In this document: in pieces, positions 1 to 8,697 of the stretch
Position numbering within the stretch: the first letter of the stretch is position 1
How the letters are laid out: every line of letters begins with the position of its first letter
Program-made: the position numbers and the translations under genes
From: Macrostomum lignano
Lineage: Eukaryota
Assembly: GCA_002269645.1 (NCBI GenBank)
Contig: NIVC01003959.1
Coordinates: 1 to 29,848 of the forward strand
DNA length: 29,848 bases
Reading direction: 5' to 3'
Notes under the pieces: model-generated
What the model was told of the DNA's origin: nothing
Databases searched by the model: none
The model's input: the letters and a program-made list of their open reading frames with translations, nothing else

Positions 1-497
1 CCTCGCGGACTCGCTGCTCTGAGCGCGCTTTTTGACAGCAGCCGAGCTTGGGCTTGACCAGGGCTCGTGTAGTTTGTTTTGTTGTTGTAAAATTCAATTG
101 TTAAGCAATCTACCGTTGCTTATAAGCTTCGTTAGAAAATCTATGAATTTTTAAAAAATAATTAAAACTCGTTGTTGAGGGAGTTTCAGCCGAGTCAATT
201 TGTTAGCCTTGGTTGTCAACTGAAAGCTGAATAACTGCACAAACAGGAAAAACAAAATAAATTATTGAATAAATGAAAAATTGAACAGCTCGGCTGCAAT
301 TAACAAATCAAGCCAAAAGCCATCAAATTAATCAACACCGCAATTTCGGACAATTGCTACCATCGGCACTCAAGTTGATTGCTGCTTTCTGGACTAACAA
401 TGGACGAGGTGTATTTATTTGACGCATCCGTGAAGAGCTGAGGAGAATCGACAGCAGCAATTAATTCGTAGTAACAAGCAAAACATTTCCAATATCT

Positions 498-2193
498 ATG
501 AAAATCTTTAACTGTGACAGCCAGCACCTCTTAGTGCAGCCGTTTCTTCTGACGCTCCTGGCGCTCAGTGCAGCCTCGCAGCTGTGGATCAGGCGGCCAC
601 AGCTCACCTCTCGGTGTCTAACGGGCTCTGCAGCGCCGAGGAGCCGCTCGCTGAAGCCTCGGATGCGGCGAGTAAAATCGAATGCGCAGCGCACTGCGCC
701 AGGACCAGCGGCTGCATCGCCTGCCACGGCAACGAGTCGCTTTCCGACAATAAGTGGCGGATTCTGCGAAACGGATCGGCTCAGCTGACGCCCGGAAGTT
801 GCAAACTGCTCGCTAAGATGGACACTGCTTTGGGTAATACATGATTGTTTATTCAGAAAACAAATTTAGTGCTAAGCAGGAACCCAAAGAACCGCTTTTC
901 GAATAAAAACATTTGCTGTTAGAGAACTGCGGAGACAACAAAACACTCGTAGCGCCGTTTCTGGTCCTTAATTCTACGAGCGTGGCTGAAAACCTGGCCG
1001 AGCTCCTCTGCTCCCGCTGGTGCACGCGGCTGGCGGCAGACGCTCGATGTTCTCGCCGATTCTTGACGCCGCCGCCGCTACCGAAGCCGCCGGATCCGCC
1101 GTCCGCTGCGTGCCACTCAACGCCTCCGCCTACTTCGCCCACATCGCTGCCGCCGCCCCAGCCGCCTACTTCCTCGCCTCTCGCCGTGTCGGTCCGTTGG
1201 CGCAGCCACTTCTCCAGCGAGACCTGGTGCACCCACACTGCGGCCACGAATGTCCCGCCTGTGCTCCACCTCGCTTGGTCGCAGCCGCATCACCTGGACG
1301 TTTGCGCCCACGCCTGCGCGTCGCGTCCGACCTGCGAGTTCTTCGTCTTCAACGCGTCCGGCTGCTTCGAGGATCGCTCAGCCTTTACCTGAACAGCCGC
1401 CTCCACGGCGTCCAAGGCTGCAGCATGTGGCACAAAGCGCGCACCTGGGCCTCATCAATGCTCGCCTTCTACACCTTCAACTCGAGCATGCTGAACCTCG
1501 CCAACAACCGTCATGCCGGCCGTCAACAACACACCGATCGACATCGGACCCGACGGCGTCCAGATTCCGTTGAGCATGTCGCAGTTCGTGAGGCTCAACC
1601 TGTCGCACATTGGCTTCGACTCGCTTGTCAGGTTCGTCTTCTTTCTTTTCTACTTTTTAAATTTGAATTTCTCTTTTTTACAAACCCTCCAATTCTAATC
1701 TAAAAAATCCCATCATTGCAATTCAGGACTGGGACGCAATTCACCTTCCTGGTCACCTTCGTTCGGGACACTATAAAGATCGATCCGAGCTCGCAATGTT
1801 CGCCAGCTGCTTCAACAACAATAACCACAACGGCGCCATTAACGAGAGATCCAGCGGCAACCAGGGCTGGTTCCTGAACTCCCTGACTGGCGATTGGCAG
1901 GTCGCAACGTCCGTCGCTGCTGGATCGACTTACACCTATCCCAGCGGCTCTGCAATCCACTTTGCCATGGCCATCGGCCCGACATCCGGCTACTTTGTGT
2001 GAACGGCGTGAAGCTGGACACCACCTTCTACACCTCCGCCAGCACGTACGGCACGGATCCCGAGCGAATCGGCTGCCTCTACCTTGGCTTCAACTGGGCT
2101 GATTCGCCGACAAAGTTTTTGAACGGCCGAATCAAAGTACTCGGCATCTTCAAAGAAATGCTCACTGTTGAGCAGATTATGGAGCTGGTTTAG
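498..2193 (+). CDS. Paralogue A: secreted PAN/apple-like repeat + LamG/ConA-like domain protein (exons ~498-833, 923-1631, 1727-2193); about 7 small indels in this sequence
   Basis: Hydrophobic N-terminus (FLLTLLALSAA); PAN-like IECAAHCARTSGCIAC and CAHACASRPTCEFFVFNASGC; LamG-like HFAMAIG..VNG..LYLG..FLNGRIKVLGIFKEMLTVEQI. Introns 834-922 (GTAATA..TTAG) and 1632-1726 (GTTCGT..TTCAG) match paralogue B in position and phase. Frameshifts relative to B near ~600, 1042, 1172, 1372, 1506, 1766 and 1998 mean pseudogene or sequencing error. Confidence 0.8.
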
Positions 2194-2489
2194 TTTTGGG
2201 ATACGCAAATAGGAAAATATTACTGTTCTAAGCAACTGAAGAACACACTGAAATATGAACAGACATTTTGATATGGTTCACAATTTTTAAAGTCGTAAAG
2301 ACAGCCATTTGAATCAAAGAAAATATAGTGATTCTTGATATCTTTTAAAGTTGACGGCAAAGCGCGTCTTCAATTCAGCTTCAGCTAACCACTTTTTTAT
2401 TCTAGATGCAGTCAAGTTCTTATCGTAACTAACAATTTAAATAATCCGCTAACAATAAAATAACAATACGCGTTGTCACAGAAGGTCCC

Positions 2490-2770
2490 TCAAAAGAACG
2501 TCACGCGGCTCTTCTCAGGGCATAAGACAGGGCCACCTGCCTTCGCCTGTTGGCTACCTTTACCGGCAGAAGCAGCAGCACCTCCGAAATCAACTCTGGC
2601 CAATGCAAAGGGATGATGTGCCCATGCAAAGGGATGATGTGCCCCGCCAGCTGGAGTCGCCGACGGCGCAACAGGTCGCTTGGACGGGCCAGCCGACGCG
2701 GCAATGAAGTGCCATGCATAAGTGCATCGCTCGTCACTGACTTTGAAGGCGTCGTGAAACGGCATCAAAA
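2490..2770 (-). mobile_element. 3' fragment of a non-LTR retrotransposon pol (RTE/L2-like region downstream of RT)
   Basis: Minus-strand translation DLLRRRRLQLAGHIIPLH...EVLLLLP..RRRQVALSY resembles the RRL.LAGH tail typical of RTE-type ORF2. It contains a short tandem duplication (GHIIPLH twice). Confidence 0.55.
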
Positions 2771-2789
2771 AATTGTGAAGACCATAAAT

Positions 2790-2903
2790 ATTGTTAAGAT
2801 AAATGTGAACGGCCTGGAGATTAACAGCACCTTCTCGACGCGTCCGAGCAGTTATGGCGTAGACCCCGAATCCATCGGCTGCTTGTACCTGGGGTACAAT
2901 TAT
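2790..2903 (+). pseudogene. Fragment of a third paralogue (LamG/ConA-like domain C-terminal part)
   Basis: VNGLEINSTFSTRPSSYGVDPESIGCLYLGYNY aligns without gaps to VNGVKLDTTFYTSASTYGTDPERIGCLYLGFNW of paralogues A and B. It is bounded by retroelement sequence on both sides. Confidence 0.72.
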
Positions 2904-2904
2904 G

Positions 2905-3940
2905 TAACTTCTTACAACTGTAGGCTATGGTCTGCGATGCTTCACGCCTGCCCCTATCTTCAGCAGGTGCACGCTGGTGGGAGGTCTGCACGATCTATCT
3001 GCCTCTGGCAGCTGCAGACTCGCCCACGCTGCTCGCAAGTCGACCCAGGGGTACTCGTCCCCGCGAGTGTTCAAGGCAGTCCTTAGGGCTGCTGAACAGA
3101 CTGGGCTCCGACGCTGGCCACCCATCCAGTCCGCAGGCCGTGGTACTGATTAACGTACCCTCTAATGCCTAAGGTGTTTGAACGCACCGATGGGCTGGAA
3201 GACTGGGGAGTAGTCCAGTCGCTAGCGGTCCCCGATTTTTCTTTCTACCTTCTTCCTTGTGACTCTGCCCACTCCTTCCCGCTTTCAGCTATGGCATCCT
3301 CCGCCTCTAAAAATCCCGCTGAAGTCGGGATCCCTGCAACTCCGGCCGCAGCGCCGCCCCACCAGGGGCAATTGGGCTTGCCGCCTGATCGTCCGGTGAC
3401 GAACCCGCACGCGTACCCGGGCCCTCCGCGGAGGCTCGACGTGCCCGCAATTTACGCCGCAACGAGCGACGACAGCGACAACGCTATAGCGAGGCTGCGG
3501 GCCGGCCACCTGCGGAGGGAAAACCTTGGGAGGGCGAGGCTGCTGTTGGGCCGAAAGAAGCCACAGTGACCCCTGCCCACAGGAAACAACCCCCGCTGGT
3601 ATGCCACCCGGCAAACCTACCATCAGCGAGGCCGGGCTTTCGGGAGCCACCGCAACTACGCCACAAAGGTCAAGCTCTAACCGGCGGTCATCGTCTTCGG
3701 GGAAAAGCAAGACCTCATTGACCTGGCAGTCCGCCCCTGAGCGTGGTCAGATCAGCAAAGACCGACGGCTGCATCTTCATCTGGTGCAACTCGGAGGACA
3801 CCCGCCGGAGTCTACGCGAGCTTCTGCCGAAATTAGGGAAAAATCTTCGCTGTGGTGGAATCCCGAGCTCGGCAACCTCCGTCGCAGAGCTAAGAGACTC
3901 CAACCGCAGAGCAATTAAAACCAAGAGACCAGCGAAGGAA
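2905..3940 (+). mobile_element. Putative 5' UTR and degenerate ORF1 of the adjacent non-LTR retrotransposon
   Basis: GC-rich, Pro/Ala-rich broken ORFs (3285-3930) lie directly upstream of and co-oriented with the RT remnant. DGCIFIWCNSEDTRRSLRELLPKL loosely resembles ORF1 of R1/LOA-type elements. Boundaries are approximate. Confidence 0.35.
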
Positions 3941-3944
3941 CAAG

Positions 3945-4520
3945 CCTCTCAGCGAAAACCAGCACGCTTTTCGGGCTGGGTCGATCCACCGAAAGCGCGC
4001 TTCATGTCCTGGTCGATAAACTAGAGAAGGCCGTGCTTGGTAACGGCTTCGCTCTGGGGATCTTCTTGGACATCATTGGCGCCTTCGATAACGTCCTCTT
4101 CGAGGCGTTCCGGAGAGCCCTCTGTGAGAGGCAAACGCACTCACATCTCACCAGGTGAATCATGTACATGATCAGCCATCGCACGGCCACCGCCAGCTTG
4201 CTGGGTTTCCAGAGGACGGTCCCTGTCTGCAAAGGTAGCCCGCAAGATGGGGTGCTGTTTCCAGTTCTGTGAATATGATCATCGATGAGCTCCTTCAAGA
4301 TGCTTGGCCTGACCCCATTCTGAAAGTAGGATATATGCCGACGATGTCACCGCAGTGGCTTCTGGTCCGTCCCCTGATACCATTAGGGACCTTCTTCAGA
4401 ATTCCAATTTCGCTGAGCAATAAGCGGATCGTTGTGGTCTAAAGCTCTCTGAGACTAAGACGGCAGCGATCATGTTCAATTGTCTCACAAAACCAGCAGC
4501 AGCGACATCATGGACTAGTA
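3945..4520 (+). mobile_element. Degenerate reverse transcriptase of a non-LTR retrotransposon (R1/LOA-like)
   Basis: Reading through frameshifts and stops gives QHAFRAG-RSTESALHVLVDKLEK, FLDIIGAFDNV, KGSPQDGVLFPVL, YADDV and CGLKLSETKT, the canonical LINE RT motifs in order. Confidence 0.9.
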
Positions 4521-5551
4521 AAGTACTTGCTGGACTTCCAAACTCCAAATTAATCATCCATGTGCTCTCTACATGGTGCACTCACAAGTTTCTAAAACCA
4601 TTCTTTCATCAAATGCTTCATGAGACTGGCAATCAAGCAAATTAGGGCGTGGCGAAGCGTGGACAGTGTGTTGACCATAATGAAAAAAATTATGCATTTT
4701 AACAAACTGTTGCCCATAGCTGAATTTCGGGGAGCGAGTACACTATAGAAGTGCGCTATAGTCTAATAGAGGTGCACCGGCTTCGTTCTCTATCTGGCGT
4801 CCAGCTATATGACACGTTGGTAAAATGCTTAGAGAATGCTTTTGTTGGATTAGAAGCCTAGAAGCCTTGTTGGATAGCTTGGTTGGAAGGTACAAGCACG
4901 AGCGTAGGGTAGCAATGATAAAAATCCACAGCCATATAACATTTAGCTTTTTGACGATCCGATCTTGCATTGTAGCTTCTCATCCCTAAAATGCTTCTTT
5001 GAAAAAAATGATTAGCAAAGTGGAACGCTCGGCAGACTCAAGGCAGTCACAGCTCTGAAACTGAGCCCTGGGCCATAATACTCTGCGCTCCCTTGCGTTA
5101 AGAGGATGTGGAGAGTGAAATTGACAGGTCAGACACATTTTTGCTGACTGCTGCTGTTTCATTCTTATTTTATTTTTTTACGTTGATGCCTTGTTATCAA
5201 CTCGCTTGTTTCAACTGATATGGCTATGCCATTAGCATTCCAGAAATCATGACACCAGCAGGTCAGGAATCTTGTTTGCTCGAATTCTTTTCCTGTGATT
5301 TCAAGGCCGTATGGATACAATGAGGATTTGCTCCGACTCAAGGACTTCCTCAGGTCTGTACATAAAGGTTGATTCTGTGATGAGCAGTTTCTATAAGAGA
5401 ATTTTCTTGTGAGAATTCGCTCAAGCTGTATAGAACAAATACTCCGAGGTTGAAGAGCTACCCCTGTCAATATAAAGTACAGGCCCTGTCCCTTCTGAAT
5501 ATTTGCTCGGAAAAGGATTCTAAAAGTCTTCTGTAGTGATCCGCTAGTTGA

Positions 5552-6523
5552 TGTTAGGCGTCCCACTTTGTCAGCAGTCTCCCTCGCCCTCGCCCTGGGT
5601 TGCTGTCTGCCGCTGGTCAGCTTCCCACCCCCCTTGGCCCGTCTGTTGCTGCCCTTGGCCTGTTCTGCCCTTCTGCGTCTCTGTTCTCGGCCCTCAGCTT
5701 CTCTGCTGTGGGCTGTCTCTGTTTCGTTCCCGTCCCGTTTTCCTCTGTCATGTGAGCAAGTCACATGACAGACTCTGCGTTCTTCGAGTCCTAAAGTGCA
5801 GTAAACATGTTTACTGCACTCGTTGGCCCTGTTTACCGGGAGAATCACGTGCTTTCGGACCCCTCCCTTCTCTAAGGAGAGGAGTGACTCATGTTGCTAA
5901 AAATAGCAACTGAGTCACAGCCGCGTGTACTCTGGCCGGAGACCTCAAGTGACGTCAGTTCTAAAAATAGAACGAGTCACGAGGTCTTGCGCGCACTGAG
6001 ACCCTGCCTCGAGATCTCAAGTGACGTCAGTTCTAAAAATAGAACAAGTCACGAGGTCTTGTGCGTGGGTGTTTCCCGGCTATAAATAGGACCCCTCTCC
6101 CCTTGTTTCCGTCAAGGAATTGATTGGCTTCTTATCTGCGGAGAATTCACTAAGAACCCGTGTGCGTCAGTGTCTAACTAAGTGCCCTTTGCGTACTGAA
6201 TCCGTTTGTACTGGTCTGACTGAGACCCCACTAAAGCCCAAGCCTAAGGGAGGCTAACACTGCCTTCCCAGTCACCCCTGAGCCCGGCGGGGATCTGCTG
6301 ATCAGGACGCCTTGTTCATTAATCTGCAAATCTGCACGCTGTGCTGAGTTCGTTGACTTGTTTATTTCGTTCCGACGGGAAGCTCACCTCATCGAAGGCC
6401 GAGACCTGAAGGAACTGGTGGCAGCACTACCTACGCTACTGAGAGAGTTAAGAAGGCTTCCGAGTGAGAAGACGGAGAGCCCAAGTCACTGCGCTGTACA
6501 GCAGGACAACCACAGGTACAACA
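5552..6523 (+). mobile_element. LTR of an LTR retrotransposon (~970 bp)
   Basis: Begins TGTTAGG and ends GTACAACA, followed after 1 nt by a tRNA-Leu PBS. It has an internal TATA box (TATAAATA, 6081-6088) downstream of enhancer-like repeats. No gag/pol or second LTR follows. Confidence 0.8.
5884..6088 (+). promoter_or_regulatory. LTR U3 enhancer/promoter: three CTAAAAATAG (MEF2-consensus) sites with AP-1/CRE sites, a 72-bp-period direct repeat and a TATA box
   Basis: CTAAAAATAG at 5897, 5961 and 6033; TGACTCA at 5885 and TGAGTCA at 5911; TGACGTCA at 5950 and 6022; repeat starts at 5944 and 6016; TATAAATA at 6081. Confidence 0.6.
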
Positions 6524-6524
6524 C

Positions 6525-6649
6525 TGGTGGCAGCGGTAGGATTCAAAGACCTACCAGGCCACCCGAGAAAAACCATTCTATTTCACTGGTGGCAGCGGTG
6601 GGATTCAAAGACCTACCAGGCCACCCCGAGAAAACCCCATCTATTTCAC
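6525..6649 (+). promoter_or_regulatory. Tandemly duplicated primer-binding site + leader unit (62/63 bp x2), complementary to the tRNA-Leu 3' end
   Basis: TGGTGGCAGCGGTAGGATTC at 6525 and TGGTGGCAGCGGTGGGATTC at 6587. The second is the reverse complement of the conserved eukaryotic tRNA-Leu end GAATCCCACCGCTGCCA-CCA. Confidence 0.82.
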
Positions 6650-7420
6650 TTCTTTAAGTCCATTTCAGCCTTCAGTCGCGTCTTGATGTTGGGTAGTGTT
6701 TTATTTATCCTCTTGCAGGTTAGATTGACACCGATTTCTTCCAACTCAATTCGTACCGAGCCAAACGCTGCATTCTTTTTTCCCAGAGTGCATGGCGTCT
6801 TCCCATTGTTTTAGACGGTAGGGTGTGGGGGGCATTTTACGAACACCTCGTCTTCGGCGTCACTGCTTTCGTCAATCATGCTCAATGAAGTCGTGAGGCT
6901 GCCGCGGTTTCAGTAAGGAAATAGGAAACAAACTTGTAAGCTCATTCGAAATGCGAAACTTTTCGAACGTAGGCAAGCATGAGAACATAGCTTTGTCTAT
7001 GGTTAAAAGTTTGCAAAGTAGTGTAAACTCAAACAAGTAAAAGGGAAGACCCGGTTTAAGTTATTTTTTAGTTAGAGGCCTGTGCGCACCTTGTCGCACT
7101 TTATAAGCGACATTGTCACACAACCGGCGAGAGGCATTAACCTAAGCTTTCTCATAGAATTATTTCTTTGACTCGGAGAATATTCTCAAGCGTGAGCAAC
7201 TTCTATACAGTGATACTATACAGTGAGTATGAGTATTCTCCTGAGCGAATGATCAGATAGCCTGGTTTGTCTATAAGTCAAAGTTCCCATCCATTCCACC
7301 TGTCCTCAGTTTGCTGTTCTGCTGGGGCTTTGGGCACTGCCAAGCCGAGACGACAGTGGACCCGCAGGCAGAGAAGAAGTAAGCAGTCAGGCTATGAACT
7401 AAGTGTTCCTAGTGGTCCTT

Positions 7421-7784
7421 GGATCTATGGTAGACAAGTTATATGGTAGACAAGGTCTATGGTAGACAAGGTCTATGGTAGACAGGATCTATGGTAGACA
7501 GGATCTATGGTAGACAGGATCTATGGTAGACAGGATCTATGGTAGACAGGATCTATGGTAGACAGGATCTATGGTAGACAGGATCTATGGGTAGACAAGG
7601 TCTATGGTAGACAAGGTCTATGGTAGGCAAGGTCTATGGTAGACAGGATCTATGGTAGACAGGATCTATGGTAGACAGGATCTATGGTAGACAGGATCTA
7701 TGGTAGACAGGATCTATTGGTAGACAAGGTCTATGGTAGACAAGGTCTATGGTAGACAGGATCTATGGTAGACAAGGTCTATGG
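7421..7784. repeat. 16-bp minisatellite (AGGATCTATGGTAGAC / AAGGTCTATGGTAGAC), ~23 copies
   Basis: Directly visible tandem array with two unit variants in runs. Confidence 0.97.
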
Positions 7785-8081
7785 CAGGACAAAATTTATG
7801 ATTTATATTTTCTTCCAAACAGCTCTCTTCATTCATACGACCAAAGCGTGTCATTGTGGGTGATTCTTAGCGTAAGCTCACCTAAGACAACAGACAGCTA
7901 AGTTGATGTACATGTGTTAACGAAATATTCGAATATCAATTTTGATCATGCGAAGCTTGTTCTCGATGGGAAACTCAAAGATTTCCAATTGACCGTTGGT
8001 CTATTTCATGCAAGACTTTATTTCATTTGTCCAGCAACGCATAAACTGCGGTGGTTGCAACATCTGACTCTGGTTTTGTCA

Positions 8082-8603
8082 TCAAATTAACTCTTTGACC
8101 TGCTCAACAGTGAGCATTTCTTTGAAGATGCCGAGTACTTTGATTCGGCCGTTCAAAAACTTTGTCGGCGAATCAGCCCAGTTGAAGCCAAGGTAGAGGC
8201 AGCCGATTCGCTCGGGATCCGTGCCGTACGTGCTGGCGGAGGTGTAGAAGGTGGTGTCCAGCTTCACGCCGTTGACCAAAAAGTAGCCGGATGTCGGGCC
8301 GATGGCCATGGCAAAGTGGATTGCAGAGCCGCTGGGATAGGTGTAAGTCGATCCAGCAGCGACGGACGTTGCGATCTGCCAATCGCCAGTCAAGGAGTTC
8401 AGGAACCAGCCTTCGTTGCCAACGGATTGTTCGTTGATGGCACCGTTGTGGTTGTTGTTGTTGGAGCAGCTGGCGAACATGGCGAGCTCGGATCGGGACT
8501 TTGGGACTCCACGACTGAAGGTCACCAAGAAAGTGAATGACGTGTTTTTCCTGCAAGATTATCCGAGCGTAGTACAGATTTTTTGAAAATGAATCATCTA
8601 TCA

Positions 8604-8697
<94 letters not shown>

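Larger units (their letters stand above)
5165..6879 (-). pseudogene. MADF/Myb-like ORF remnant split by the LTR insertion (parts 6879-6649 and 5551-5165)
   Basis: 6879-6649 reads MIDESSDAEDEVFVKCPPHPTV*NNGKTPCTLGKKNAAFGSVRIELEEIGVNLTCKRINKTLPNIKTRLKAEMDLKK, a MADF/trihelix-like pattern with one stop. Removing 5552-6648 joins it in frame to STSGS... and a frame open to 5165. Confidence 0.45.

Noticed and set aside
1-75. GC-rich edge possibly belonging to a neighbouring exon
   Set aside because: Too short to assign strand or product.
5165-5848. 227-aa minus-strand ORF as a gene
   Set aside because: It is chimeric: the N-terminal part is the antisense of the CT-rich LTR U3, and only the part below 5551 may belong to the MADF-like remnant.
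5944-6068. Relationship to the SV40/MLV 72-bp enhancer repeat
   Set aside because: Only the period coincides; I see no sequence similarity.
6525-6606. tRNA-Leu gene on the minus strand
   Set aside because: Only the last ~20 nt including CCA match, which marks a PBS rather than a tRNA gene.
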